A stretch of 64,000 nt of DNA from a virus: positions 1-64,000 of the IMG/VR virus record IMGVR_UViG_3300010412_000412; one strand, written 5' to 3'. The translations under genes and the position numbers were made by a program. The notes beneath the pieces are model-generated. The model was not told where the DNA came from, did no database searches, and saw only the letters and a list, made by a program, of their open reading frames with translations. Below are positions 30,351-41,045 of the stretch, piece after piece (position 1 is the stretch's first letter; every line of letters begins with the position of its first letter).

Positions 30351-33300
30351 ATGTCAAAATTACCAATGAATAAAAATCCATATTTTAATGATTTTAGTTC
30401 AGAAAAGAATTTTATGCGTGTTCTTTTTCAACCAGGTCGTCCTGTACAAACAAGAGAATTAAATCAATTACAAAGCATTTTAGGACATCAAATTGAAAGT
30501 TTTGCTAATCACATTTTCAAAAATGGTTCAAGAGTAAGTAATGCACAAGCTGGTTTAAAAGCACAAAGTTATATTCGATTAGAAGATTTTAAATATTATA
30601 AAGAAAATGTTCCTGATGCAATATATGAAAAAACAAATGAATATGTTGATTTGTCTATTTATAAAGCTGGTATGCTTATTGTTGGTGAAACATCAACAAT
30701 AAGAGCACGTTTAGTAAAAGCAATTAATAAAGAAAATGATGATCCACCAACAATATATATAGTTTATTTATCTACTGGTATTGATTCAGAAACTATAAAA
30801 TTTATTCCTGGTGAAATATTAGAATTTCATGATGAAAATGATGAAGTTGTTTATTCTGTTAGAATTAAATGTCCTGGTTGTGAAAATGAAAATGATTTAG
30901 ATAATATAGAACCTCTTGGTAATGGTTCTATATTTACTATAAATGAAGGTATATTTTATTTTGAAGGATTTTTTATTGAAAATAAACATCAAGATATTGT
31001 TGTTAGTAAATATGGTGAAATAGTAGATTGTAAATTAGGTTTTGATTTTATTCAAACAATTATTACAAATGAAGAAGATGAAACATTATTAGATAATGCT
31101 TTAGGTTATCCTAATAATTCAGCACCTGGTGCTGATCGTTATAAAATAGAATTGATTTTAACGAAAAGAAGTTTAAATAATGAAGATGGTGAGAATTATA
31201 TACTTTTAGCAAAAGTTGAAAATGGTGTATATACTTATTTGAAAGAAGATACGCAATATGCTAATATTATGGATATGATTGCTAAAAGAACATATGAAAT
31301 TAATGGCAATTTTACTGTTAATCCATTTCGTTTACGTTTCATAGAAGATAAAGCAATAAGTATTGATGATCCACATGGATATGATATAGAAGGTGATGAG
31401 AATTATGTTAGGGCAGTTGTTAGTAATGGTATATCTTATGTTAATGGTTATCGTTTTGAAAATACTAGTGATCAATATATACCAATGCAAAAAGCACGTG
31501 ATACTAAAAAAATATCAGGGTTTACAAAATATTTTGAAGAACGTTCTTATTTTTTCTTACAACCATTAAAAAGTTATAGTGTTTATCCAAATGATCCTAA
31601 TATACCAAGTAATGTAGATAATACAATTATACAAGTATATGATGGCCCGTTTACGGTATCAAAAATCCCATCAGGTACATTAATAGCAACATTTAAAATA
31701 TATGATGTTAAAGGTACATCTATAGGAACTATTAATGCAGGTGGTGTAATTTCTTCAATTATTATTGTTAATGGAGGACAAAATTATACAAGTGCACCAA
31801 CAATAGTATTTGAAGGTGGTGGTGGAACAAATGCTTCTGCTCAGGCAATAATAACAAATGGTAAAGTTGTATCTATAATAGTATCAAATGGTGGACAAAA
31901 TTATGAATATCCTCCTACTATAACATTTAATGGTGGTGGGGGTAGTGGTGCTGTTGCTAAAGCAACAATATCTGGTCCAGCTGTTTTTAAATATTATTTT
32001 TATGATTTAAAAATTTTAGAAGAAGGAAGAAAATTAAGTGAAGGACAAAGTTTTATAGATTCAGGATCAACTAATAATTTTAAAGCAATACCATGGACAG
32101 ATAATGTAAAAATATATAATCCTGGTAATACAGAATTATTATGGCAAATAGAAAGAGATGATATAAAATCATTAAGAAGTATAGATGATGATGAAAATCC
32201 AGATCCCCCTGGTAGTATTAGTATTTTTTTAAGAAGAAAATTATCAGGTACATTAGATAGTAATGGAACAAGAACATTTAATTCATATACAAATGAATAT
32301 TTTGAACCATATAATGCAACATCAACAATATGTGTGATAGAAAAAGATCAAATATTTTATACAGTAGATTTAGGTATAAATAATCGTTTCAATAGAACAC
32401 CAATTAGTATAACTATTAATTTAGGTGCAAGTTTAGATGTTGGAACAGGTACTGATATATCAACATCTGGTGCAACATTAACAATCATACATAATGTGTT
32501 AAGAACAAATGCATCTGAAGATAAAAAAACAAAATCAGAAACAATAGAATCTATAAATATCATACCTACATTAAATGAAATTGGTTTAGGTATAACAGAT
32601 GCTTTTTCTATAATGTATGTTTATCAATATGATCCAGCTGATGATCCAATTACTTTACATGAAGTTGATATAACAGAACAATTTCAATTAATAAATGGAA
32701 TAAAAGATTTCGCATATAATGAATCAAAAATTGTTTTCAAAGGAACAGAAATTAATCCATTATTAAGATGGAGATTTAAAATAAATTATTATGAACATGA
32801 TAATACAAATAATTTAGGATATTATACAATAGATTCATATAAAGAATTAATAGAAAGTGGAAAATTAGAATATGATAGTGATTTAAAACACATATCAAAT
32901 AATAAAACAGAATATCATTTATTCAATTGTTTTGATTTCAGACCAAATATAATAAATAATGTCATATCAGGAAATAGTATACCTGTTATTGGTAGTACAG
33001 CAATATTTGATATTGAATATTATTTAAAAAGAATAGATTTATTATGTGTAAATAAAGATAGTGATTTATATATCAAAAAAGGTATACCAGCAGAAACACC
33101 ATTAATACCAACTTTAGATGATTATGCAATGGCATTATATGAAATACATTTGCAACCTTATACATATTCACTTGAAGATATTAAAATAAAATATATTGAA
33201 AACAAACGTTATACAATGCGTGATATTGGTGGTATATCTAACCGTTTAAAAAGTTTAGAATATTATACATTATTAAATTTATTAGAATCAAATGTACAAA

Positions 33301-36300
33301 ATTCATCAATAAAAGATAAAGATGGTTTTGATCGTTTCAAAAATGGATTTGTCACAGATAATTTTCAAGATTATAATGCTGCTGATTTAACTAATACCGA
33401 ATTTAGAGCAGCATTAGATAGAAAAACAAGACAATTAAGACCAAGTTTCACTGCAAGAAATAAAAAATTATCAATCAAAGGTTTACCAACAAATGCAATA
33501 TTTAAAGGTAAAATGGCAATGATTGATTATAATGATCATATTATTGATGAACAGCCTTTTGCAACAAAACATATAAGTATCAATCCTTATTTTCAATTTA
33601 AAAAAATGGGAGAAATGGTTTTATCACCAAATAATGATACATGGAGTGATACAGAAAGACAACCTGATTTAGTTGTTAATGTTGATACAGGAACAGATGC
33701 TGTTAGTAGAATAGCAAATGAAATTGGTTTATTAGGTACGACATGGGGAAATTGGAGTGATTTAAATCGTTCTATTGATTCAACAAATATCACAACTGAT
33801 GTAGAAGGTGGTGGTGTTATGTTTAGAAATACCCAAACAAGTAATTTAACATCAAGAAGACGTGGTATTAATAGAACAATTGAAAGTAGAACAGATTCTT
33901 ATAATTTAGGTGATAGAATAACAGATATTAATATTATTCCTTTCATGCGTGCTACTACTATTCAATTTTATGCTACTAAATTAAAACCATTAACAAAAGT
34001 TTGGGCATTTTTTGATAAAAAACCAGTAAGTCAATATTGTAGAACTTTTCAAGGATTAAATACTGATCAATTAATGACAGATGCAAATGGTCAAATAGCA
34101 GGTATATTTGAATGTCCACCTGGTCAATTTTTCACAGGAGATAGAATTTTTTATATTACATCAGATAAAGATTTAACAGGTGACCCAGATTTAGAAACAA
34201 CAGCAGCAGAAGCATTATTTTTTAGTGGTGGAATGGATATTACAAAACAAAGTACCACAATGAATGTTATGACTCCTGATATAAGAGAAGAAGCAATAAC
34301 ACAAAATAGAACTATTACATCTATTAGAACTACCACTACTATTCGTTGTCCAGAAGGTACTACTTGGAATGGTACAGAATGTGAACAACAAAATCCTCCA
34401 AGACAAGCCTGTATGAGATGTGGTTTTTGTCCTGGTTGCACTGATCCTATTGCTCAATCTTTTAAATTAGAAAAAGATCATTTTATAACAGGTTTAGATA
34501 TATATTTTCAACAAATTGATACTTTAACTGATGAAATATTTGTTCAAATTCGTAATATGAATAATGGTTATCCTGGTAAAACTATATTATCTGATAAAAG
34601 AATATTAACACCTAATTTAATAGCAAGTGATGATAGTTCTGTTCCTTATCATGTTAAATTTAATTTTCCTATTTTTGTACAAGGTAATGTTGAATATTGT
34701 TTTGTTATTGGTGGTTTCAGTCCTGATACAAGAGTATGGGTTGCAAAAGTAGGTGATACAGTTGTAAATATTCCTAATAAAATAGTAGAAACTCAACCTT
34801 CAATTGGTTCTTCTTTTAGAAGTCAAAATGCTGAAACATGGAATGCAGAACAATATGAAGATATAAAATATCGTCTTTATGTTGCTAAATTTAAAAGAAA
34901 AGAATTGAATCTTTCAATGGAACATATACCAGAAAGAATTAAATTACAACGTAATCCTTTTGAAAGTCAAACTGGTTCTAATTTAATTCGTGTTTCAATA
35001 AAAGATCATGGATTCAATGCAAATGATAATATTACTCTTAGTTTAACTGAATCAGATTGGGTAGAAATTGGTATTGATGAAGGACAAATGCGTATTGGTA
35101 TGTTATTATCAACTACAGTAAATAATTTTCAAGGTATTGTAACTGCTTATAGAACTGATCAAATAAAAACAGAAGTACAATTTCAAGAAATAACAGGTGA
35201 ATATGATAAAAATGAACCTTTTGTTTGTGCTGATTTTGATTTGTTTATACATGATTTATATATGTTTGAACAAATTGGTTATCATGCAGCTGATGTATCA
35301 AATGATGGACGTGTTCGTTATAATAGAGTAGAAGGAAAAATATTAAGTGATCCACCAATTAAATTGAATGGTATACCAATAAAAGAATTAAATAAAACAC
35401 ATACTATATTATCAGTAGATAGTATAGATAGTATAATTATTCAAGTAGAAACACCCGCAATCACAAGTGGTAGTTTTGGTGGTGAAGAAATATATTCACA
35501 TATTAATGAAAAATTTGAAGTATTTAATGTGAGTGGTGCATATATGGGATATGGTTCAGAAGAAACGTTTAAATTTAAAGGTATCGCACATAATCCTATA
35601 AATGGTTCATTTATAGATTATCAACAATTACCAATTAGACAATTCAGATTAGGAGAAGATAATCATTTAAGTCAACCATATAAAATCATATCAAAAGATA
35701 ATTATGCAGCAGGTAGAAAAGTTAATATTTCTTTATCTTTTGTTTCAAAAAATGAATGGATTTCACCAATGGTAAATACAGATTCTTTTAGTATAACAAC
35801 TATTAGTAATAGAATAGAATGGGTAACAAAAGAACAATTGAATGTTATACCAAATGCATCTGGACGTTTTTTAAGTGAATCTGATCCAATGAATGGTAGT
35901 GAAAAATATAAATATATTACGAAAGTTATAAATTTAAAAAATCCAGCAGATGATTTAATGATTGCATTTGAAGTTTATAAACCTATTGAAGCAGATTATG
36001 ATGTTTGGGTAAAAATATTATCTCCATATGAAGAAAATAATATAGATGATAAAAGATGGATGAGAATAATTGGTTATGATAAAACACATCATTCTTCAGA
36101 TTTAGATGATAAAATAGAAGTTGAATTAACATTAAGTGAATTACAAGTTGAAGTATATTCTAATAACGAAACTTTTGTAGTAAAAAATTGGTATGATTTA
36201 GAAAATGATCAATTTAGTTCATTTAGAATAAAAATTATTGGTAAATCAAAAAATCCTTCTTTACCACCATTATTTGAGAATTTTAGAGCTATTGCATTAA

Positions 36301-36305
36301 CATGA
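30351..36305 (+). CDS. Large baseplate/tail protein (VrlC/DUF4815-like)
   Basis: PYF.DF, LFQPGRPVQTRELNQLQS, APGADR, NKRYTMRDIG, DRFKNGF.TDNF, DP.AQSF. Confidence 0.85.
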   Translation: MSKLPMNKNPYFNDFSSEKNFMRVLFQPGRPVQTRELNQLQSILGHQIESFANHIFKNGSRVSNAQAGLKAQSYIRLEDFKYYKENVPDAIYEKTNEYVDLSIYKAGMLIVGETSTIRARLVKAINKENDDPPTIYIVYLSTGIDSETIKFIPGEILEFHDENDEVVYSVRIKCPGCENENDLDNIEPLGNGSIFTINEGIFYFEGFFIENKHQDIVVSKYGEIVDCKLGFDFIQTIITNEEDETLLDNALGYPNNSAPGADRYKIELILTKRSLNNEDGENYILLAKVENGVYTYLKEDTQYANIMDMIAKRTYEINGNFTVNPFRLRFIEDKAISIDDPHGYDIEGDENYVRAVVSNGISYVNGYRFENTSDQYIPMQKARDTKKISGFTKYFEERSYFFLQPLKSYSVYPNDPNIPSNVDNTIIQVYDGPFTVSKIPSGTLIATFKIYDVKGTSIGTINAGGVISSIIIVNGGQNYTSAPTIVFEGGGGTNASAQAIITNGKVVSIIVSNGGQNYEYPPTITFNGGGGSGAVAKATISGPAVFKYYFYDLKILEEGRKLSEGQSFIDSGSTNNFKAIPWTDNVKIYNPGNTELLWQIERDDIKSLRSIDDDENPDPPGSISIFLRRKLSGTLDSNGTRTFNSYTNEYFEPYNATSTICVIEKDQIFYTVDLGINNRFNRTPISITINLGASLDVGTGTDISTSGATLTIIHNVLRTNASEDKKTKSETIESINIIPTLNEIGLGITDAFSIMYVYQYDPADDPITLHEVDITEQFQLINGIKDFAYNESKIVFKGTEINPLLRWRFKINYYEHDNTNNLGYYTIDSYKELIESGKLEYDSDLKHISNNKTEYHLFNCFDFRPNIINNVISGNSIPVIGSTAIFDIEYYLKRIDLLCVNKDSDLYIKKGIPAETPLIPTLDDYAMALYEIHLQPYTYSLEDIKIKYIENKRYTMRDIGGISNRLKSLEYYTLLNLLESNVQNSSIKDKDGFDRFKNGFVTDNFQDYNAADLTNTEFRAALDRKTRQLRPSFTARNKKLSIKGLPTNAIFKGKMAMIDYNDHIIDEQPFATKHISINPYFQFKKMGEMVLSPNNDTWSDTERQPDLVVNVDTGTDAVSRIANEIGLLGTTWGNWSDLNRSIDSTNITTDVEGGGVMFRNTQTSNLTSRRRGINRTIESRTDSYNLGDRITDINIIPFMRATTIQFYATKLKPLTKVWAFFDKKPVSQYCRTFQGLNTDQLMTDANGQIAGIFECPPGQFFTGDRIFYITSDKDLTGDPDLETTAAEALFFSGGMDITKQSTTMNVMTPDIREEAITQNRTITSIRTTTTIRCPEGTTWNGTECEQQNPPRQACMRCGFCPGCTDPIAQSFKLEKDHFITGLDIYFQQIDTLTDEIFVQIRNMNNGYPGKTILSDKRILTPNLIASDDSSVPYHVKFNFPIFVQGNVEYCFVIGGFSPDTRVWVAKVGDTVVNIPNKIVETQPSIGSSFRSQNAETWNAEQYEDIKYRLYVAKFKRKELNLSMEHIPERIKLQRNPFESQTGSNLIRVSIKDHGFNANDNITLSLTESDWVEIGIDEGQMRIGMLLSTTVNNFQGIVTAYRTDQIKTEVQFQEITGEYDKNEPFVCADFDLFIHDLYMFEQIGYHAADVSNDGRVRYNRVEGKILSDPPIKLNGIPIKELNKTHTILSVDSIDSIIIQVETPAITSGSFGGEEIYSHINEKFEVFNVSGAYMGYGSEETFKFKGIAHNPINGSFIDYQQLPIRQFRLGEDNHLSQPYKIISKDNYAAGRKVNISLSFVSKNEWISPMVNTDSFSITTISNRIEWVTKEQLNVIPNASGRFLSESDPMNGSEKYKYITKVINLKNPADDLMIAFEVYKPIEADYDVWVKILSPYEENNIDDKRWMRIIGYDKTHHSSDLDDKIEVELTLSELQVEVYSNNETFVVKNWYDLENDQFSSFRIKIIGKSKNPSLPPLFENFRAIALT

Positions 36306-36526
36306 TACATATACAAAAAATACAAGGTTATAATGAATTACGAAAAATAGATAATGCTTATATTATTAATACAGATGATAAAAATTATCAAACAGCATTA
36401 AATCGTTTAAATACACGTAAAAAAATAAAAGAATTTGAAAAAAGATTAGGTAATATTGAAGAAACATTTAATATAATTCAACAAAAATTATCATCTATTG
36501 AATCACTTTTAAAGGATATAAAATAA
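36302..36526 (+). CDS. Small coiled-coil protein
   Basis: IINTD..Y motif followed by a coiled-coil stretch. Confidence 0.55.
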   Translation: MIHIQKIQGYNELRKIDNAYIINTDDKNYQTALNRLNTRKKIKEFEKRLGNIEETFNIIQQKLSSIESLLKDIK

Positions 36527-36527
36527 T

Positions 36528-37538
36528 ATGGCTATTATTCAAATACAAGAATCTGAATTTTTTTATGATTGGCGTAATAAATTTAATCAAATTGGTGTTT
36601 TATTAGGTGATCTTTCATCATTAACTACTACTAATAAAACTTCTTTAATTAATGCTATTAATGAATTAGATTCTGATATTGGTGATTTATCAACATTAGA
36701 TTCTAATATTGGTAATTTAGCTAATTTGAATACTACTGATAAAACATCATTGGTTAATGCAATCAATGAATTAGTTAATTCTATTAATGGTTTAGATTCT
36801 GAGATAGGGGATTTATTAACATTAACGACTACATTGAAAACTTCTTTAATTGATGCTATTAATGAATTAGATTCTGATATTGGTGATTTATCTAATTTAT
36901 CAACTACAGAAAAAACATCATTAGTTAACTCAGTTAATGAATTAGATTCTGATATTAGTGATTTATCAACATTAACAACTACAGAAAAAACATCTTTAGT
37001 TGACTCAATCAATGAATTAGATTCTGATATTGGTGATTTATCTAATTTATCAACTACTAATAAAACATCTTTAATTAATTCAATTAATGAATTAGATTCT
37101 GATATTGGTAATTTAGCTAATTTATCAACTACAGAAAAAACATCATTAATTGGTGCAATTAATGAAATATTAAATTTACAATTAATAAATACTTGTGAAT
37201 TTACAATAGGAACAGAAACAACTGATGTCATAAATATTTCTATACAATTAAAAGATTATCAAAATAATAATATTAATTTCATAGCTAATATTTTTGGATA
37301 TTTAAGTGATGATATAAATGGAATTTCATTATTATCAACAGAACATAGTGGTGGATGGGCAATAGGTACATCAGGTTTATTATTACCAATAATAGCTAAT
37401 AAAACAGCATATTTTACAACCAATATAACAGGTGAATTTAATATAGATATAACAGATATAGGTAATAAAACAGCATATTTAGTGATTGTTTTGCCAAACG
37501 GAAAAACAATCACTAGTTCAGCAATTATTCATGTATAA
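36528..37538 (+). CDS. Fibritin/whisker-like coiled-coil repeat protein
   Basis: F..WR.K.N N-terminus; ~7 repeats of GDLS.L.TT.KTSL..AINELDSDI; upstream of gp13. Confidence 0.7.
   Translation: MAIIQIQESEFFYDWRNKFNQIGVLLGDLSSLTTTNKTSLINAINELDSDIGDLSTLDSNIGNLANLNTTDKTSLVNAINELVNSINGLDSEIGDLLTLTTTLKTSLIDAINELDSDIGDLSNLSTTEKTSLVNSVNELDSDISDLSTLTTTEKTSLVDSINELDSDIGDLSNLSTTNKTSLINSINELDSDIGNLANLSTTEKTSLIGAINEILNLQLINTCEFTIGTETTDVINISIQLKDYQNNNINFIANIFGYLSDDINGISLLSTEHSGGWAIGTSGLLLPIIANKTAYFTTNITGEFNIDITDIGNKTAYLVIVLPNGKTITSSAIIHV
36605..37170 (+). repeat. Intragenic ~75-bp tandem repeats
   Basis: Recurrent AATGAATTAGATTCTGATATTGGTGATTTATC. Confidence 0.85.
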
Positions 37539-37547
37539 AGGAAATAA

Positions 37548-38285
37548 ATGTCAAATTCATGTAGAAATGATTTAAAAAATTATATTTTAAGAAAATTAGG
37601 ATCACCTGCTATTCAAATAAATGTAACAGATGAACAAATATATGATAGAATAGATGATGCTTTAGATATTTATTGGGAATGGCATCATGAAGGCACATTT
37701 AAGGATTATGTTACACATATAATGACTGCTGACAATATATTAACAAAAACAATACCTATTGATGAATGGATATATACAGTAATAAGAATAATATCATTAG
37801 GTGGTCCAGAAAATTCTGTAAATTTAGAATATCAATCATATATGCAAAATATTGGTACACAATTAATGGTGCAAGATAGTGGTATACTAAATTATACTAT
37901 CAATGAAAGTTATTTTAATCTTGTTGATTCATTTTTTAGAAGACAAAAAATTATAGATTTTAATCAACGACATAATATATTACATATTCGTTCAGATATC
38001 AATTATATAAATGAAGGTGATATAATAGTATTTGAAGTTTATAGATTGAATGAGCCAGATAAATATAAAGAAACATGGAATGATTGGTGGTTGAAAAAAT
38101 ATGTTACAGAACTTGTTAAAAAACAATGGGGACAGAATATGAGTAAATATGATGGTATTCAATTACCAGGTGGTATAACATTAAATGGAAGACAAATATA
38201 TGATGATGCTCAACAACAAATAGAAAGATTAGAAGAACAATTATTGGAATCATTAACATTACCAATTGATTTTCTAGTGGGATAA
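37548..38285 (+). CDS. Neck protein (gp13-like)
   Basis: YILRKLG.P.I.INVT, WLK.Y, QWG.N..KY.G.QLPGG. Confidence 0.92.
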   Translation: MSNSCRNDLKNYILRKLGSPAIQINVTDEQIYDRIDDALDIYWEWHHEGTFKDYVTHIMTADNILTKTIPIDEWIYTVIRIISLGGPENSVNLEYQSYMQNIGTQLMVQDSGILNYTINESYFNLVDSFFRRQKIIDFNQRHNILHIRSDINYINEGDIIVFEVYRLNEPDKYKETWNDWWLKKYVTELVKKQWGQNMSKYDGIQLPGGITLNGRQIYDDAQQQIERLEEQLLESLTLPIDFLVG

Positions 38286-38790
38286 TGATAACATTTAATC
38301 AATATTTGAATGAAGGTTTTAATGGTCACAATTTGAATTATCAATAAATAAATATAAAAAATTAATGGTTTTTTATGAAAGAATTAAAAAAACATCTATA
38401 AATCTTCGTTCATATATACATCCTTTTTTTGATTATGATGTGAAACAAATTATGAAATTAACTACAGGTAATTATAGAGGTATAATATTTGTTGATGAAA
38501 AATTTATGGATATTTTTATATGGGATGAAATAATAGATCATGCTACTTTTTTATTTTATTTAGAAAAAAATATTAATAAAATTAATAAAATACCAAAAAA
38601 TATACAATATGAAAAACTATATTATATAATTTATAATTTAGATGATTCAACAATAATAAAAAAACCATTTTGTTTTCCTTTTGTAATTGAAAATATTATA
38701 TTAAAAACAAATTTATCATTATCACAAATTAATATATTAAATAATAAATTAAATTTAAGTAATCTTTTTGGGTTATTTAAAGAAAAATAG
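38285..38790 (+). CDS. Internal-protein-family paralog with a -1 indel after its CTS-like leader
   Basis: MITFNQYLNEG at 38285 is out of frame with the body (YRGIIF..FIWD..H..CFPF). Confidence 0.6.
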
Positions 38791-38802
38791 GTTCAAAAAA
38801 TT

Positions 38803-39933
38803 ATGCCAATACCAGTAAAATATTATTTTTCAACTCAAACAGGCGCACCAGAATGTTCTGCTCAACTTAATGTAATGCACACTTTTTACGATGCAATATT
38901 AGTCAATGGTTTTAATGAACAATCAATTTCAACAATTACTGTTTCAAATAATATAGGAACAATTACAACTAATGCCAATCATGGTTATAATATAGATGAT
39001 ATTATTGTTATTGAAGGGGCTAATGAAACAGATTTTAATGATGAATTTTATGTAAAAGAAGTTTTATCAACTACACAATTTACTATAGATATAATAACAA
39101 TAGAAACTGTAGCAACTGGTACATTATCTTGTAAAATTGCACCATTAGGTTGGGAAATATTACATACTGATGGAAATTATTTACGTGTTTATAGGAATAA
39201 TTCAAATAATCCATTGAGTACATCAATGGTTTTGCATATGGATGATTCATCATCCGTATATTCAACATATATGACAATGTGTGAATATATAGAAAATACT
39301 GATTTAACAACAGCTATTAATCCACTTACTACATATTGGGGTAAGCATTATGATGCTAGTTCTACACCAAGATCATGGGAAATTATTGGTGATGATAGAA
39401 TTTTTTATAGATTTCATGATAATTATTCAAATACTTATTTTAATAATTTTTTCGAAGTCTTTGGTGATTATGATCCAATTGCTTATAATCCTTATGCTTG
39501 TATAATAGGTGGTCAAACAACAAACAGAAATTTTGATCCTGATACTAATTCTTATATGGTTAGAATGACTATAAGTTCATTAGGACAATATGCACCAAGA
39601 GGTTATTCGAGATTAGGTAGCAAAATAGATTGGAGTTGGTATCCATTTGGTTATAGAACAACATATTTTCAAAATGCTTTAAATTTTAATAGATATACAA
39701 ATTCATTAACATTATTACCTGTTGGTATATGGGATAATACATCTTCGAGTTTTGCTGGTTTTTCACATTTTTATACACCTCTTGAAGAAATGTCAAATAC
39801 TACAGCTGTTCAAAAAGTAAGAACTACTATTGGAGGAAGAGATTTTATGCCATTTAGAGTTGCTAGAGGTGATAATGCAAATTATGGTTATGCTTTTTTT
39901 CCTTTAAATAATTGGAGACAATTGTCATTATGA
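38803..39933 (+). CDS. Tail-associated structural protein
   Basis: KY.....GAP..LVNGF..GW motifs. Confidence 0.65.
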   Translation: MPIPVKYYFSTQTGAPECSAQLNVMHTFYDAILVNGFNEQSISTITVSNNIGTITTNANHGYNIDDIIVIEGANETDFNDEFYVKEVLSTTQFTIDIITIETVATGTLSCKIAPLGWEILHTDGNYLRVYRNNSNNPLSTSMVLHMDDSSSVYSTYMTMCEYIENTDLTTAINPLTTYWGKHYDASSTPRSWEIIGDDRIFYRFHDNYSNTYFNNFFEVFGDYDPIAYNPYACIIGGQTTNRNFDPDTNSYMVRMTISSLGQYAPRGYSRLGSKIDWSWYPFGYRTTYFQNALNFNRYTNSLTLLPVGIWDNTSSSFAGFSHFYTPLEEMSNTTAVQKVRTTIGGRDFMPFRVARGDNANYGYAFFPLNNWRQLSL

Positions 39934-41045
39934 TAGATACTCAAATAAAATATTTCACAGAAAATACAGGTGGAATAACCCAATGTATTGGTATTATTGG
40001 CAAATTAATCACATTATTAGATCAAGTATTAGTAAATGGTTTCAATAATAATACAATAATCTCTTTCACAATAGATACAAATATTGGTACAATATTAACA
40101 AATACAATACATAATTATCATTTGAATGATGTAATAAAAATTGAAGGTGCAAATGAAGCAGAATTAAATGGTGAATTTAGAGTTGTAGAAGTACCTAATA
40201 ATACACAATTTAAAATCAGTATAGACACAATTGAAACTGTAGCAACTGGTACATTGACTTGTAAAATTGCTTCATTAGGATGGACAAAAGAATATTCAGA
40301 TACAAATAAAGCAGTTTATCGTTCACCATCTGGTACAAGAAGATTTTTACGTGTTGAACATTTATCAGCTTATTATGGAAAAATCAATGGTTATGATACA
40401 ATGACTAATGTTGATACAGGAACAGGAGAAACAGCAAGCTATTATTGGAAAATTAGTGATAATACAACATCAGAAAGACCATTTAAAATAGTAGGATGTG
40501 AACGTAGTTTTTATTTTTTATGTTCATGGAATGGAGATACAACAATAAGACATAATGGTGGTGGTTTTGGTGAATTTATATCATTAAGAAATGGAGATAT
40601 AATGAATACTTTTATTATTGGTTCAACTGCTACAGCACCAACTACCGTTTATAATAATCAAAGTTTCACATATATAAACGGTTCTGCAAATACAACTGGT
40701 CATCAAGTTTTAGGTATATTACCTGATAATCCAACACCAACATTATTTTATAAACAAAGTACACCATCTGGACAAATGGGTTATGGTACAGATGTGACAT
40801 TATTTAATTATGCTGATAATGGTATACATTTATTTCCATTGAATATTATTGAATCATCAATTTTTAGAGGTCAATTACCAGGAATATTTGTACCATTTGA
40901 AAATATTAATAATTTCTTTGCAAATGGTGATCGTACAGTAATAATTGATGGAAATGAATTTATTGCAGTAAGAATATATTGCAATAATGGTAGTGGTGCT
41001 TGTTGGTTCAGTACAAAACCAGAACATTGGGGTTTGACTTCATGA
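39930..41045 (+). CDS. Tail-associated structural protein (paralog of previous)
   Basis: Shares LVNGFN, IEGANE, IETVATGTL.CKIA.LGW. Confidence 0.65.
   Translation: MIDTQIKYFTENTGGITQCIGIIGKLITLLDQVLVNGFNNNTIISFTIDTNIGTILTNTIHNYHLNDVIKIEGANEAELNGEFRVVEVPNNTQFKISIDTIETVATGTLTCKIASLGWTKEYSDTNKAVYRSPSGTRRFLRVEHLSAYYGKINGYDTMTNVDTGTGETASYYWKISDNTTSERPFKIVGCERSFYFLCSWNGDTTIRHNGGGFGEFISLRNGDIMNTFIIGSTATAPTTVYNNQSFTYINGSANTTGHQVLGILPDNPTPTLFYKQSTPSGQMGYGTDVTLFNYADNGIHLFPLNIIESSIFRGQLPGIFVPFENINNFFANGDRTVIIDGNEFIAVRIYCNNGSGACWFSTKPEHWGLTS

Noticed and set aside
36605-37170. CRISPR-like array
   Set aside because: In-frame coding repeats with no unique spacers
26704-37513. Antisense ORFs (26704, 28283, 34151, 36587 and others)
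   Set aside because: Shadows of the codon bias of + strand structural genes
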